64,000 nt of DNA from an uncultured archaeon (GTDB taxonomy: Archaea; Aenigmatarchaeota; Aenigmatarchaeia; QMZP01; QMZT01). The notes beneath the pieces were generated by a model that made no database searches, had not been told where the DNA came from, and saw nothing but the letters and a program-made list of their open reading frames with translations. Position numbers and translations under genes: made by a program. The DNA lies in NCBI GenBank assembly GCA_964347025.1, contig CAYFWU010000002.1:5187-69186 (forward strand), written 5' to 3'. Positions 52,879 through 63,591 of the stretch are shown one piece after another. Numbering within the stretch: the stretch's first letter is position 1; each line of letters opens with the position of its first letter.

Positions 52879-53938
52879 GCTTCCTCCTCAGCAGGGAATC
52901 AAATGCTATGTTCAACTCTTCCTGACAGTTCCATACACATTTCTCACAATCCAGCAAACTAGAACGTAGAGTTTCATATGAATCCGAATACCACAAATCC
53001 TTAATATCGTTATTACGTATATTTCCTATTTTATTTCCAAGCCAAAACATTCCATAACATGGATACAAATCTCCGTTTGAATCAATCGACAACGTTAAAA
53101 AACCAGCTCCACAGGCTCTTGACCTCTTCCCATTAAGAATAAAATTTTTGATCGTTTTAAGATATTTTTCAGTGTTGTCTATGATTCCTTCCTCTCTTTT
53201 TATTTTTATCGTCTTATTGATAATTTCATTGATCTGATCTTTTTGCTTTTCAGAGAAATACAAGGATTTTTTCCCAATGAAATTATGCACTGGTATGAAA
53301 CCTATTTTTTTAACTCCTAGGCCGTTTAAGAAATCAACTGTCTCCAGAACCCTGCTTGAGGTCTGAGGAGATATCAGGATATTCACTGTTATCTTCGACT
53401 TTTTGTTTGAAACATTCAACAAATTTTTGATTCCCAAGACCACTTTCTTATGAACACCTCTTCCTCCCCTCAAATTATCGAATATCTTGGGATCATCCGA
53501 ATCCAGGGAAACAGATATCGTATCAACTCCTGTGTTAACCAATTTTTTGGCCATCTTTTTTGTTATCAAGGTTCCGTTGGTGGATATGTCAAGGAGCATA
53601 CCCTTGCGCTTTACGTAAGTCATGATATCGAGTATATCCTCCCTTATTAAAGGTTCCCCCCCGGATACGGATAAGGTTGTTACTCCAAGTTCAGCAAGAT
53701 CATCAATAAGTTTGAGTATCTCTCCCTTTGACATTTCTTTGTTTTCTGATTCCCACAAATTACACATTTCACACCTGAGATTACACCTTCTGGTGATGAT
53801 CAAGGTTGTGAACAAAGGTGGGTGTTTTATTCTCCACCCTCTCAGGTAAAGATAAACACGTATAAAATTAAGAAATTTTTTAAAACCTTTGGTATGGAAA
53901 AAATCCCCCCACACATAACTTTTGTATTTTTCCCTCAT
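52853..53938 (-). CDS. Radical SAM enzyme with a SPASM-like C-terminal domain
   Basis: 361 aa. RRCNLRCEMC; C-terminal CGAGFLTLSIDSNGDLYPC...CEKCVWNC. Confidence 0.8.
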   Translation of the reverse strand: MREKYKSYVWGDFFHTKGFKKFLNFIRVYLYLRGWRIKHPPLFTTLIITRRCNLRCEMCNLWESENKEMSKGEILKLIDDLAELGVTTLSVSGGEPLIREDILDIMTYVKRKGMLLDISTNGTLITKKMAKKLVNTGVDTISVSLDSDDPKIFDNLRGGRGVHKKVVLGIKNLLNVSNKKSKITVNILISPQTSSRVLETVDFLNGLGVKKIGFIPVHNFIGKKSLYFSEKQKDQINEIINKTIKIKREEGIIDNTEKYLKTIKNFILNGKRSRACGAGFLTLSIDSNGDLYPCYGMFWLGNKIGNIRNNDIKDLWYSDSYETLRSSLLDCEKCVWNCQEELNIAFDSLLRRKHENIAHKS

Positions 53939-53939
53939 C

Positions 53940-55502
53940 TCAATCCTCAGTTTTATAGAGTGAAACGCATACCTTGCTTTCCAAAATCTTCAATTTACGT
54001 TCCTTTTCGAGCTGTTCGAAAACAGGTCTTCCATGCCCGAAAAACGTGGTGCCGCACATTGTATGGTTTATATATAAGTAATATATTTCTTCCCCACTTT
54101 CGCATCCTGATAAAGATGTACTTAGGTGTTTATCGGGGAGCAGTATTTCCATAACCATTTCAGGATTACACATACAAAAATTTGATTGGGAGTCCTCGAT
54201 AAGCAAACAGTCTTTATCCTTAACGTAACTTCCAAAATGTATTATATCATCAATAAGACAATCATGTTTTTCAAAGGCAAAAACATTTGTGCCCGAATAG
54301 AAAAGGAATAATATTAAAATAAGTACCGCAAAAACACCCGTGGTTCTAACCACGTACGGTATCCTTAGTGAAGACTTGTTCTCCGTAATCCACTCAATCA
54401 AATCCTTTGCCTTGAAAATACCATAACCCATTAAGATCGCTATCGATGGCTGCAGTGTTAACTGATAGACTTGAGGGCTGGTGTAGAGTGTCGCCCAGTA
54501 GAGACCGTAAAATAGGAAAAATAATATTATCCAGGAAATCGGGAAGATTAAATTGCGTTCCTTCAAGACAAAAAGAAGTGAAAATAAAAGGAAAAAATAG
54601 AGAATTGTTGGATAAAAACTCGGGTGTGCCAAATTTGAAGAAAGATGATACTGTATGTTTGGTATAAGATAACTCAATGAGAATGTGTAAGGACGCTCCT
54701 CATAGTGCGGATCCCTTACCGGACCATAGATATCGTCACCTGTTATATAATAATAGCTTACAGGTATCATGAAAATCAGGAATATAACCAAAGGGATTTT
54801 CAATTTTTCTATCTTTAATTTGTCTCTGTAGAGAATAAACCCTATGATGAACAAGGGTACGAATATGGAATTGTCTGTTCTTACATGGAGGGAGAACACC
54901 AAAAGGAGGAAAGATAGGAGGTAAACACCCCTCTTCTCAAGCCTGAGTGAGATTAGGAAAACAAGGATTGTTAACGTGACGAAAAAAACAGAGGTTATTT
55001 CACTTATATTGAACTTTGCGTATATGACAGACATGGGAAAAAGAGAGTATATCATGGAGGAGAACAAAGCCACATCATCCCTCTTGAACAGAATGTATGC
55101 AAGAAGGAAAACTATGAAAATTGTTAGTGAGCTAAAAACCAAATTCAGGTAAAAAATCGTATTGTAGTTTGAACCGAACAAAAAGAAACCTGTGGCTATC
55201 AGGAACGAATATCCCTTGGGATGCCAGAAATCCTCCACCCCCCGACCTTCCAGCATGTTAACTGAGGTTTTTACATAATCCCAGCACAAACCATCATAGG
55301 AGCCGCATGTAGGGGAGGCAAATCTCAGATAAGAGCCAAGAATAAAAATTAAGATGAATGCTATCCAGACATGTATTTTAATTTTTTTGAAGAGAGAGAC
55401 TATATACCTTATATTCAATAGAAATAGCACGCAAATTAAAACGAAGTTGATAAGCAGTATGTAAATCAAATTGTAGGAAAGGAAGGACTGAAAATCAAAC
55501 AT
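53940..55502 (-). CDS. Polytopic GT-C-type glycosyltransferase (ArnT/PMT, GT39/GT83-like)
   Basis: 520 aa with more than 10 predicted TM helices and a C-terminal soluble domain of about 100 aa. It belongs to a family of three paralogues in this island. Confidence 0.55.
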   Translation of the reverse strand: MFDFQSFLSYNLIYILLINFVLICVLFLLNIRYIVSLFKKIKIHVWIAFILIFILGSYLRFASPTCGSYDGLCWDYVKTSVNMLEGRGVEDFWHPKGYSFLIATGFFLFGSNYNTIFYLNLVFSSLTIFIVFLLAYILFKRDDVALFSSMIYSLFPMSVIYAKFNISEITSVFFVTLTILVFLISLRLEKRGVYLLSFLLLVFSLHVRTDNSIFVPLFIIGFILYRDKLKIEKLKIPLVIFLIFMIPVSYYYITGDDIYGPVRDPHYEERPYTFSLSYLIPNIQYHLSSNLAHPSFYPTILYFFLLFSLLFVLKERNLIFPISWIILFFLFYGLYWATLYTSPQVYQLTLQPSIAILMGYGIFKAKDLIEWITENKSSLRIPYVVRTTGVFAVLILILFLFYSGTNVFAFEKHDCLIDDIIHFGSYVKDKDCLLIEDSQSNFCMCNPEMVMEILLPDKHLSTSLSGCESGEEIYYLYINHTMCGTTFFGHGRPVFEQLEKERKLKILESKVCVSLYKTED

Positions 55503-55543
55503 CTAAACACCAATATTCTTTTAAAGATGTTAGGAATTAAAAG

Positions 55544-55969
55544 TTAGTAGTTCATCTCTATTTTATCACTAATCCGGTTCATCTTGCTGTTGTAACATTC
55601 TCTCGAGCAACACCATTCCAGAGAGAAACTACGAATATCAACATCGCTTTCGCACGGAACAAGTTTCAATACCCCCGTCTTTCTGCTATTGAGAGGTTCA
55701 TTTACAGTGTAATCAGCCGGCAGACTCACATTAGTCTTGACCCCAAATGGAACCACGATCTTTATGCTCGTTATATCCTGCTGGTTTGGGTTGTAAAAAG
55801 GAACCATCAAATACCCATCAACGCATTTCCCATTTCCATATTCTATTGCACACTCAGGATTGTAAAAAGTAAAATAATCCTCCCAATACATCCTTGCTAA
55901 CGAGATAATAACCACAACTATCACTATGAAAAGAAAAAGCTTCTTTTTTCCTCTTTCTTGAATTTTCAT
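55544..55969 (-). CDS. N-terminally anchored small Cys-containing protein (hypothetical)
   Basis: 141 aa. TM LFLFIVIVVVIISLA, with 7 Cys in the ectodomain. Confidence 0.4.
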   Translation of the reverse strand: MKIQERGKKKLFLFIVIVVVIISLARMYWEDYFTFYNPECAIEYGNGKCVDGYLMVPFYNPNQQDITSIKIVVPFGVKTNVSLPADYTVNEPLNSRKTGVLKLVPCESDVDIRSFSLEWCCSRECYNSKMNRISDKIEMNY

Positions 55970-55988
55970 TTACTCCGACCCTGAGTAT

Positions 55989-57644
55989 TTATGATTTTAC
56001 GGAATTGATTTTATATAAACGGAAGGTGAAAGAATCCCCCTCAATGACCTTTGATTTCAAATCTGAATAATTTTCATTCAAATCTATCTCAAATTCTTTG
56101 AAAATTTCAAGTTCGAATTTCTCATGCATTTCTCTGCATAACCTTTTGTATTCCTTGTCCACTGCCTCATCATCATATATGGCTTTGGAAGCATTGCAGT
56201 ACATATCTTCAAAGAACAAAACACAATCCCCCAATCCGTTCAAAATACCCGGATCTTCCAGAACATATCCTATAGTAAAGGGTCTGAGATGTCCGGCTAT
56301 GAAAGGTTCAGAATCAACCACCAGTATCACACACTCTCCCAGATTCCTTTCCATGTAAAGCATAGCTTCCCTTTCAAGGTAAGGCTCCCTCTGTTCCCAT
56401 AGATAGAGCCTCGTATTCACTTTTGTTGGACTTCTCTGAACCAAAGCCAGGTAGGGATAGAATGCAAAGGATAAGAGCAATAAAATAGCTATTGAAATAC
56501 CCAAGGAAATTCTGGGATCAGGTTTTTTGAAAACCATTTTTTTTGCAGATTCCTCTAGGAAAGATATCCCTCCTGCCCAGAGAACAATAACCATTATATA
56601 CCCAATCAGTAAAAGTCTCTCCTGAGGGAATTCAAATGAAAGATAAACGACGATGAAGGTCAATATCCACAACAAGAGAAAAAATAATTTTTTTCTTTCT
56701 CTTATAAGCAGGGAAGCGGCCCCGATAAGAAAAAACAATATGAAGTAAGAAGGAAAAAATGACGGATTTATAAACAATCTTTCTGCAAAGTAAATATTTT
56801 CACCCAGTGCCGCAGTGCTAAGTATGTGCTGATAATATCCGTATGCATGCGGATTTTCTTCTGAAATGAGTGTTGCGTAGTAAGCAGTGCTTATCAAAAA
56901 AGGTGTAACAAGGAGTATTGATAATATCCAGGGAGACCAGTATTTGAGAGTTCTAAAACCCTTCCTTAGATCTTTGTCAAAAAGCAAAACCATAATTCCA
57001 AAAACTAAAATCAAAACAACAAATTCAAGCCTTGAACACACAGCGAGTGATAAAGAAACTGCGGCAAGCATTCGTGATCTGAAGCCTCTGTTTTTAAAAT
57101 AAAATAAAAAACAGAAGAGAGCTAACATGGCAAAGAATATTGATGATGTATTCGACTCCATACTGCCTGAGACCAAAATGTGTAGGGGGAAAAAACTAAG
57201 CAAAAGAGCAGAATACAGAGCCGCTCCCTCCCTTTCAAAAAGAAGGTAAGTGACAAGGAAGATGACAAGAACTGATAAAGCTCCTAAAAACAGATTTAAG
57301 GAGTAAAAGACGCTCAAGCTCGATCCGAATATAAGGAAGGTTAGAGTAATCAGAAACGGATACGTGATTGATTTTTCCAGTGCCAAAGCGATATTGCCAC
57401 TTAGAATTTCCTTTGAAACCTTTCCAAACGAATATTCGTCGTGTAGCGTGAAAAACATTTTCGGAGAGATACTTATCGTAAAGAAAGCAAAAATGAAAAT
57501 TATAAGAAGCATTATCCATGTGGTTTTTCTTATTCTGGATAGATGTTTAATAATATCCTTCAAGTTAAAGTAAAAGAGAACGATCATTAAAAAAAAGCAC
57601 ACAGATAGCAAGAATATGTGGATAATTGAAATATTCACCAACAT
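55989..57644 (-). CDS. Polytopic GT-C-type glycosyltransferase (ArnT/PMT-like)
   Basis: 551 aa, multi-TM. The first loop carries HDEY, comparable to the acidic DE motif of PMT/ArnT loop 1. It has a C-terminal soluble domain. Confidence 0.6.
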   Translation of the reverse strand: MLVNISIIHIFLLSVCFFLMIVLFYFNLKDIIKHLSRIRKTTWIMLLIIFIFAFFTISISPKMFFTLHDEYSFGKVSKEILSGNIALALEKSITYPFLITLTFLIFGSSLSVFYSLNLFLGALSVLVIFLVTYLLFEREGAALYSALLLSFFPLHILVSGSMESNTSSIFFAMLALFCFLFYFKNRGFRSRMLAAVSLSLAVCSRLEFVVLILVFGIMVLLFDKDLRKGFRTLKYWSPWILSILLVTPFLISTAYYATLISEENPHAYGYYQHILSTAALGENIYFAERLFINPSFFPSYFILFFLIGAASLLIRERKKLFFLLLWILTFIVVYLSFEFPQERLLLIGYIMVIVLWAGGISFLEESAKKMVFKKPDPRISLGISIAILLLLSFAFYPYLALVQRSPTKVNTRLYLWEQREPYLEREAMLYMERNLGECVILVVDSEPFIAGHLRPFTIGYVLEDPGILNGLGDCVLFFEDMYCNASKAIYDDEAVDKEYKRLCREMHEKFELEIFKEFEIDLNENYSDLKSKVIEGDSFTFRLYKINSVKS

Positions 57645-57685
57645 TCAGTAAGTTTTTGAATCCAAATTTTAAAAACAAATGCCGA

Positions 57686-59026
57686 TCAGGATACCACGAA
57701 TCTTAATCCCCGAAGTCCCCTTTTAAAATCACCGAATGATGTTATTTTTCTTAACTGATTGAGGATGTAGCCAGCTCTCAGGTAATACCTTCTGTACAGT
57801 TCCTTCTGGATTTCCTTAAGATCACTTTCCGTGAATTTACAAAACCCTTTCTGCCCCCTTCCGTGCATTTCCGAACCCGGGTATATCGTTATCGGATTGA
57901 ACTGAACGTAGTCCGGTTTCAACATTTCCATCAATCTTAAAGTTTTTTCTATGGAACCTCTGGTTTCTCCCGGAGACCCTATAATTAAATAAGAGAGTAT
58001 TTTTATCCCTACCCGTTTTGTCATTTCAAAAGCCTTCCTCGTTTCATATGAGTTCATATTCTTTTTTATGTTGTTTAAGATTTTTTGATCACCGCTTTCA
58101 GCTCCGTAGGCTATTACTGAACAACCTGCTTTCTTCATTTTTTCCAGCAAATTTTTATCAACCAGATCAACCCTCGTCGCGCAAACCCATTTTATGTCGA
58201 AATTTTCCTTAATGATGATATCGCATATTTTTTCGGTTCTCTTCTTGTTTACCGTGAAGTTATCATCGTAGAAGACAATGTTTTTTAACTTTTGTGCATC
58301 TACAACTTCCCTGAGTTCATTAAACGCATTTTCAACACTTCTTTCCCTGTAAGGGCCATAAACACTCCTCGAGCAGTAAACACATTCGTAAGGGCAGCCC
58401 CTGGCGGTAAGAAATGTAGTCATCGGCCTGTCTATCAGTACGTGGTTGTACATGTTCGTTTCTAACAATTCACGTGATGGGAACGGGATGGAATCAAGAT
58501 TTTTAGTGAAGTAAGGCTTGTTTACGTGTATCTTGTTCTTTATCCTTAAACCAAGACCTTTCATGAGTTTTAATTTTTTTTCATTCCCAAGATTTTCAAT
58601 AAGATTTTTGAAAACAATTTCCTGATCACCTCTTACAACGAAATCCATATATTCTAGAACGCGTTCAGGAAACACGCTAGCAAATGGCCCGCCAGCAACT
58701 GTTATAACATCTTTTTCTGTCGATTTTAGTTTACTAAAAAAGGATTTTGTCCAAAGTTCGAAGTCTCCCATTACGAAGTCGCAGTAATTGTTTGGGATAA
58801 CTCCGACAACGTCCGGTTTGCTTTCTTTTACCTTCTCTACGCAGTCTTCTATTTCAATTTCTTTCGCGTAACAGTCTATTATTTCAATGTCGGCCATTCC
58901 CTTTAGCGAGGAGGCGATGTACGCAAGGTTCAAGGGAGGAGGCACGAATAATTTCTTGTATCCGTCTAACTTGCCCCACCCTGGATTTATCAGACAAACC
59001 TTAATCTTATCACCTTCGAAAACCAC
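57686..59026 (-). CDS. B12-binding-domain radical SAM enzyme
   Basis: 446 aa. It has an N-terminal B12-binding-like domain and ARGCPYECVYC. It is a paralogue of 51547-52878. Confidence 0.8.
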   Translation of the reverse strand: MVFEGDKIKVCLINPGWGKLDGYKKLFVPPPLNLAYIASSLKGMADIEIIDCYAKEIEIEDCVEKVKESKPDVVGVIPNNYCDFVMGDFELWTKSFFSKLKSTEKDVITVAGGPFASVFPERVLEYMDFVVRGDQEIVFKNLIENLGNEKKLKLMKGLGLRIKNKIHVNKPYFTKNLDSIPFPSRELLETNMYNHVLIDRPMTTFLTARGCPYECVYCSRSVYGPYRERSVENAFNELREVVDAQKLKNIVFYDDNFTVNKKRTEKICDIIIKENFDIKWVCATRVDLVDKNLLEKMKKAGCSVIAYGAESGDQKILNNIKKNMNSYETRKAFEMTKRVGIKILSYLIIGSPGETRGSIEKTLRLMEMLKPDYVQFNPITIYPGSEMHGRGQKGFCKFTESDLKEIQKELYRRYYLRAGYILNQLRKITSFGDFKRGLRGLRFVVS

Positions 59027-59104
59027 ATAAAAATTTAATGAAAATTAAATTTAAAAACCCAAACAAAGGGAAATTCTATTTAAAATTACCAAGAAATTAT
59101 AAAC

Positions 59105-59809
59105 ATGAAAAAATACGAGATTTCTTTTCTAATACCTGCATTCAATGAGGAAATGAACATAAAAAAAGTTTTAGGAGACATAGATTCTGTATCACGTTTT
59201 TTGGGACTCAGGAAATACGAAATGATCGTTGTAAACGATGGTAGCACTGATAACACGAAGATAATTCTGGAATCTCTGCAAAAGAAATTTAATGTTATTA
59301 AAATCATAAATTTTGAAAAGAACAGGGGTTATGCTGACGCCTTTAAAGAGGGCTTCCGAGTTGCGAAATGCCCTCTGATCTTTTGCACCGATGCCGATGG
59401 GCAATGCAACATAAAGGAACTGAAATCTCTTCTGAACGTGATGGAAAAATATAATTGCGACCTTGTTTTCGGTTACAGAAATAAAAGGAAAGATTCGGTC
59501 GGGAGGATTCTAATCAGCTATGTATTCAACAGACTTTCCAACAATTTATTCAGTTTGAATTTGAGGGACATAAATTGCCCGTTCAAACTTTTTAAAAAAA
59601 GAGTACTTGATAATATTCAAATAAAATCAAAAGGGTTTTTGGTTGACCTTGAATTGGCAACAAAGGCAAAGAAATATGGATTTGTCATAAAACAAACCCC
59701 AGTTACGCACTACCCAAGACGAGCAGGTAAATCAAAGTTTAGATTAAGAACGATATTTGAAACGTTTTATGGTATGTTAAAATTGAGAAAGGAACTAGGA
59801 AGTTTGTAG
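59105..59809 (+). CDS. GT2 glycosyltransferase
   Basis: 234 aa. ISFLIPAFNEEMNI, VVNDGSTDNT, CTDADGQ. Confidence 0.8.
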   Translation: MKKYEISFLIPAFNEEMNIKKVLGDIDSVSRFLGLRKYEMIVVNDGSTDNTKIILESLQKKFNVIKIINFEKNRGYADAFKEGFRVAKCPLIFCTDADGQCNIKELKSLLNVMEKYNCDLVFGYRNKRKDSVGRILISYVFNRLSNNLFSLNLRDINCPFKLFKKRVLDNIQIKSKGFLVDLELATKAKKYGFVIKQTPVTHYPRRAGKSKFRLRTIFETFYGMLKLRKELGSL

Positions 59810-59818
59810 GACGATAAC

Positions 59819-61504
59819 ATGATATTCTACGAATCACCAGTATTGGAAGTTTTAAAGGGGTTTCTGACGTACGGCATGTTACCGATACTCGTGATTCATA
59901 TAGCACTGATAGTGTTGCTTCTTTACATTTGCAGAGATGATCTCAAAAAAAACATAAGGCTGGACAAAAGAGATCTGGTCTACATTTTTATAATTTTCGT
60001 TCTTTTTGCCTCTTCTATTTTTTATCTGGCGGAAAACAACAGAATATGTCTGGAGTTTCAGGACCAGGGATGGTATTCACTCAAAATAGCAAAGATAATG
60101 GCCAGAACCGGAAGATATCAAAGTTCTGAATTTTCAGTTAATGGTCTCGGTGAGAACCCCGAATGCGCTATTTATGGTTTTCCTTCAAGAATGGAAGGAA
60201 CGCCCTTCGTATTCTTAATTGCATTCTTGTTGATAGGTCCCAATGTTTACATAAACCTCTGGATTAATCTGATATTTTCACTCTTGTTTTTGATAACAAC
60301 CTACATTTTGATGTCATTCTTAACTAAAAACAAAGAAATAGGTTTGATAACTTCGATAACATTTTTAATTTCTCCGCTGTTTTTGGTATATTCACTTTCC
60401 CACGAAAACATGATATCTTTATTTTTCCTTTCCCTCTCACTGCTTTTCATTCTGATTTCGTTTAGGATAAACAAATTATACTCTTACATGCTCACATTTC
60501 TGATAATTGGCTTCGCTGCAAGAATCAGGCCGGAGAACACAGTTCTTTTTGCCATCTTCTTCATACTGGTTTTTGCTTTCAAAAGGAAACTTTTCAAGAA
60601 TAAAATTTTCATAAAAAACATTTCCTTTGCCCTCGTTCTGGCTTTGATATTGGGAGTATCATTCGTTATGCATGTAATATTTATCCCGAGATTCTGGGGA
60701 ATAGAATTCATGGGACCGGAATACGAAGGGATTCACCCATTCGCGACTGGAACATTCTTAGAAAATCTTATTGGACACTCTTCTACCTTTTTGGAATTTA
60801 ACGGCGAGGTGATAATGATTCTTTTGGTTATAGGGTTTGTATACAGCCTTTCTAAACATAGAAAAGTACTTTTACTCTTAATACCATCCATGATACCATA
60901 TGTCCTCGTTTATTTTTTCTATGCTCACGGAGGATATAACTATACATACCACCTGAACTTTTTCCTGATACCAATAGCCGGAATGGGAATCTATCTGCTC
61001 TATGAACTGATAAAATTACCCTCAAAACATATACCTCTAAAGAAGGATTTCATTTTACCCGTAATATTCTCGATAGTGGTATTTTTGCTGTTATTTACAG
61101 TGAGCATCTCCCGGATAAATTCATGCAAAATTGGGACAGTCGAATTTCTTGATGGGATGAATGAAGTTTCAGGAAAGTTCAGAAAGAACGACATCATAGT
61201 AACAGGGAGGGACGATTTTGCAAGTGTTTTGAATTACTTAACAGAAAGCTGTGTTATATACACGGCCTTCACAACCGATGGTATAATTATCAAGCAATAT
61301 GAAAGGGAAGAATGGGGTATTATAGAGAACTTTATAGCAAACAATGAAAACAGGGTCCTTTATTTCATGCCAAAGGAGGACGTAACCACAAACTATTACT
61401 ATTACGAGGGAATGCTCGGTAAACTCTCGCAAGTTTTTGATCTCGAAATCATATTCGAGAATGATGTTTCGAAGGTCTATGAGATCAGGAATAAACAAAG
61501 CTAA
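59819..61504 (+). CDS. Polytopic GT-C-type glycosyltransferase (ArnT/PMT-like)
   Basis: 561 aa, multi-TM, with a C-terminal soluble domain. It begins 9 bp after the stop of the upstream GT2 gene. Confidence 0.55.
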   Translation: MIFYESPVLEVLKGFLTYGMLPILVIHIALIVLLLYICRDDLKKNIRLDKRDLVYIFIIFVLFASSIFYLAENNRICLEFQDQGWYSLKIAKIMARTGRYQSSEFSVNGLGENPECAIYGFPSRMEGTPFVFLIAFLLIGPNVYINLWINLIFSLLFLITTYILMSFLTKNKEIGLITSITFLISPLFLVYSLSHENMISLFFLSLSLLFILISFRINKLYSYMLTFLIIGFAARIRPENTVLFAIFFILVFAFKRKLFKNKIFIKNISFALVLALILGVSFVMHVIFIPRFWGIEFMGPEYEGIHPFATGTFLENLIGHSSTFLEFNGEVIMILLVIGFVYSLSKHRKVLLLLIPSMIPYVLVYFFYAHGGYNYTYHLNFFLIPIAGMGIYLLYELIKLPSKHIPLKKDFILPVIFSIVVFLLLFTVSISRINSCKIGTVEFLDGMNEVSGKFRKNDIIVTGRDDFASVLNYLTESCVIYTAFTTDGIIIKQYEREEWGIIENFIANNENRVLYFMPKEDVTTNYYYYEGMLGKLSQVFDLEIIFENDVSKVYEIRNKQS

Positions 61505-61543
61505 AAGATTAAAGTTTTTAAATCATTTATTGATTGTGGTTGA

Positions 61544-62482
61544 ATGAAAACACTCGTTACAGGAGGAGCGGGATTCATAGGCTCTCATTTAGTTGATGAG
61601 CTGATCAAGAGAGGTTATTCTGTCAGGGTTCTGGATAACTTGAGTTCTGGGAAGAAAGAGTTTATTGAACATCACTTCAACAATCCTAATTTTGAATTCC
61701 ATAAAGTTGATCTCTCGGATGGTAATATAGATAAATATTTTCATGGAATAGATAGGGTTTTCCATTTGGCGGCCAACCCAAAGGTTAGAATAGGGGCTGA
61801 AAAAACAAGAATAGACTTGGAACAAAATATCTTGGCTACGCATAACGTTTTGGAAGCCATGAGGAAGCAGAGGGTTAAATCCATTTTTTTCACGTCGTCA
61901 TCAACTGTTTACGGTGAAACGAAAAAACTGCCAACAGAAGAGAACCACTCGCCTCTGCAACCAATTTCTTTGTACGGTGCCTCTAAGCTGGCTTGTGAAG
62001 CCCTCATTTCCGCATACTGTCACACCTTTGGTATGAATTCTGTTGTGTTTAGATTGGCGAATGTTATAGGGAAAAGAAGTACGCACGGTGTTGTTTACAA
62101 CTTTACCAACAGGTTGAGAGAGAATCCAAATGAACTTAAAATTCTCGGAAACGGCCTGCAGAGTAAATCATACATCTACATAACTGATTGCATAGAAGGG
62201 ATGATACTAGCTGCAGACCAAGCAAAAAAACCATTCGAAATTTTTAACATAGGTTCCGAAGATCAGGTTACTGTGAAAAGGATAGCTGAACTCATCTCGG
62301 GAGAGATGGGAATAAAACCGGATTTTAAATTTGCCGGAGGAGAGAGGGGGTGGAGAGGCGATATACCCGTAATGCTTCTGGATGTTTCAAAGATTAGGAA
62401 ATTCGGATGGAGATCCAAACACAACTCCGAAGAGGCTGTTAAAAAGACAACAAAGGATTTGCTTAACAATTTCAAAGCTTGA
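61544..62482 (+). CDS. NAD-dependent nucleotide-sugar epimerase/dehydratase (SDR)
   Basis: 312 aa. It has the TGGAGFIGSHL Rossmann motif and the catalytic YGASK. Confidence 0.85.
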   Translation: MKTLVTGGAGFIGSHLVDELIKRGYSVRVLDNLSSGKKEFIEHHFNNPNFEFHKVDLSDGNIDKYFHGIDRVFHLAANPKVRIGAEKTRIDLEQNILATHNVLEAMRKQRVKSIFFTSSSTVYGETKKLPTEENHSPLQPISLYGASKLACEALISAYCHTFGMNSVVFRLANVIGKRSTHGVVYNFTNRLRENPNELKILGNGLQSKSYIYITDCIEGMILAADQAKKPFEIFNIGSEDQVTVKRIAELISGEMGIKPDFKFAGGERGWRGDIPVMLLDVSKIRKFGWRSKHNSEEAVKKTTKDLLNNFKA

Positions 62483-62489
62483 TGATGTT

Positions 62490-63584
62490 ATGATATTGAA
62501 AAATACAGCTCAGTTTTTCAACATCCTTTTTTCAAAGTCTTTAGGATTCAGGCCTAAAGGCCCCTTGTTTCTTTATTTAGAGGTCACCAGGAAGTGCAAC
62601 CTAAAATGTGAATTCTGCAACATATGGATGGTTAAGAAGAAGGATCCAAAAATGATGAATAAGGAGATGAGAACAGACGAGATATTAAATATAATAGGAG
62701 ATGCGAAGGAAATGGGGGTCGAGGTTGTGGATATAGACGGAGGGGAACCCCTGCTGAGGAAGGATATTTATGAAATAATAAGCGAAGTTGAGAAACAGGG
62801 AATGAAGGCTGTTCTTGCCACGAATGGAACACTGATAACAGAAAAAATAGCGAAAAAATTAATTGATTCTGGTTTGGCCTCTGTGCTGGTCTCTCTGGAT
62901 GCTCCCACATCTGAAAGGCATGATAAAGTGAGGGGGGTGAAGGGCTCATTCAGAAGGGCGGTCAGTGGCATAAAAATTCTGAGAAAGGTAGGCAGGGATA
63001 AAATAAAGATAGGCATAAATTCTCTGATCACAAGGGAAAACATTGATCTTGTGAAGATGGCCAAGTTCGCTAAATCAATTGGGGTTGACGGTATAAGGTT
63101 CCTTCCCTACCATTTAATTTACCCTCACAATATCTACTCATTACAGAACAAAGAACTTTTCATCAGAAAAGAAGATGATATCAAGAGATTGGAGAAGGAA
63201 ATAGAGGACTTGTTGAAATTTATTCCTGAAACAGGAATGTACACAAATTCCGCCCCATTTCTGAGGGGAATTTCTGATTACTTCAGAGGGAAGAGCGAAG
63301 TGGGGAAATGCTATGCAGGTTATCTATATTGTGATATAAATTGCTACGGTGATCTGATGCCATGCCTGATAAGGGAAAAAACCGTGAACGTACGAAATTC
63401 CTCATTCAAGGATATCTGGGATTCGGAGGAGTTTGAAAAAATAAGAAAAGAAATATCGAAAACCGCATGCAAGAACTGCTGGCATTCCTGTTATATAGAA
63501 CCAAACATAAGGATGTCACCCTTTTATATAATGAAAAACTGGAGAACTGTTTATCAGGAGATCAGATCGTACCTGAACGTTTAG
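62490..63584 (+). CDS. Radical SAM enzyme with a SPASM-like C-terminal domain
   Basis: The track ORF starts at 62382 inside the epimerase gene; I prefer the ATG at 62490 (MILKNTAQFF). RKCNLKCEFC; C-terminal CYAGYLYCDINCYGDLMPC...CKNCWHSC. Confidence 0.8.
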   Translation: MILKNTAQFFNILFSKSLGFRPKGPLFLYLEVTRKCNLKCEFCNIWMVKKKDPKMMNKEMRTDEILNIIGDAKEMGVEVVDIDGGEPLLRKDIYEIISEVEKQGMKAVLATNGTLITEKIAKKLIDSGLASVLVSLDAPTSERHDKVRGVKGSFRRAVSGIKILRKVGRDKIKIGINSLITRENIDLVKMAKFAKSIGVDGIRFLPYHLIYPHNIYSLQNKELFIRKEDDIKRLEKEIEDLLKFIPETGMYTNSAPFLRGISDYFRGKSEVGKCYAGYLYCDINCYGDLMPCLIREKTVNVRNSSFKDIWDSEEFEKIRKEISKTACKNCWHSCYIEPNIRMSPFYIMKNWRTVYQEIRSYLNV

Positions 63585-63591
63585 CTGGATA

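Noticed and set aside
53940-61504. Calling one of the three polytopic transferases AglB/STT3 (the N-oligosaccharyltransferase).
   Set aside because: None has a WWDYG motif in a C-terminal soluble domain. The only WDY occurs in an N-terminal loop of the 520-aa protein. Size and first-loop acidic motifs fit ArnT/PMT-like GT-C better.
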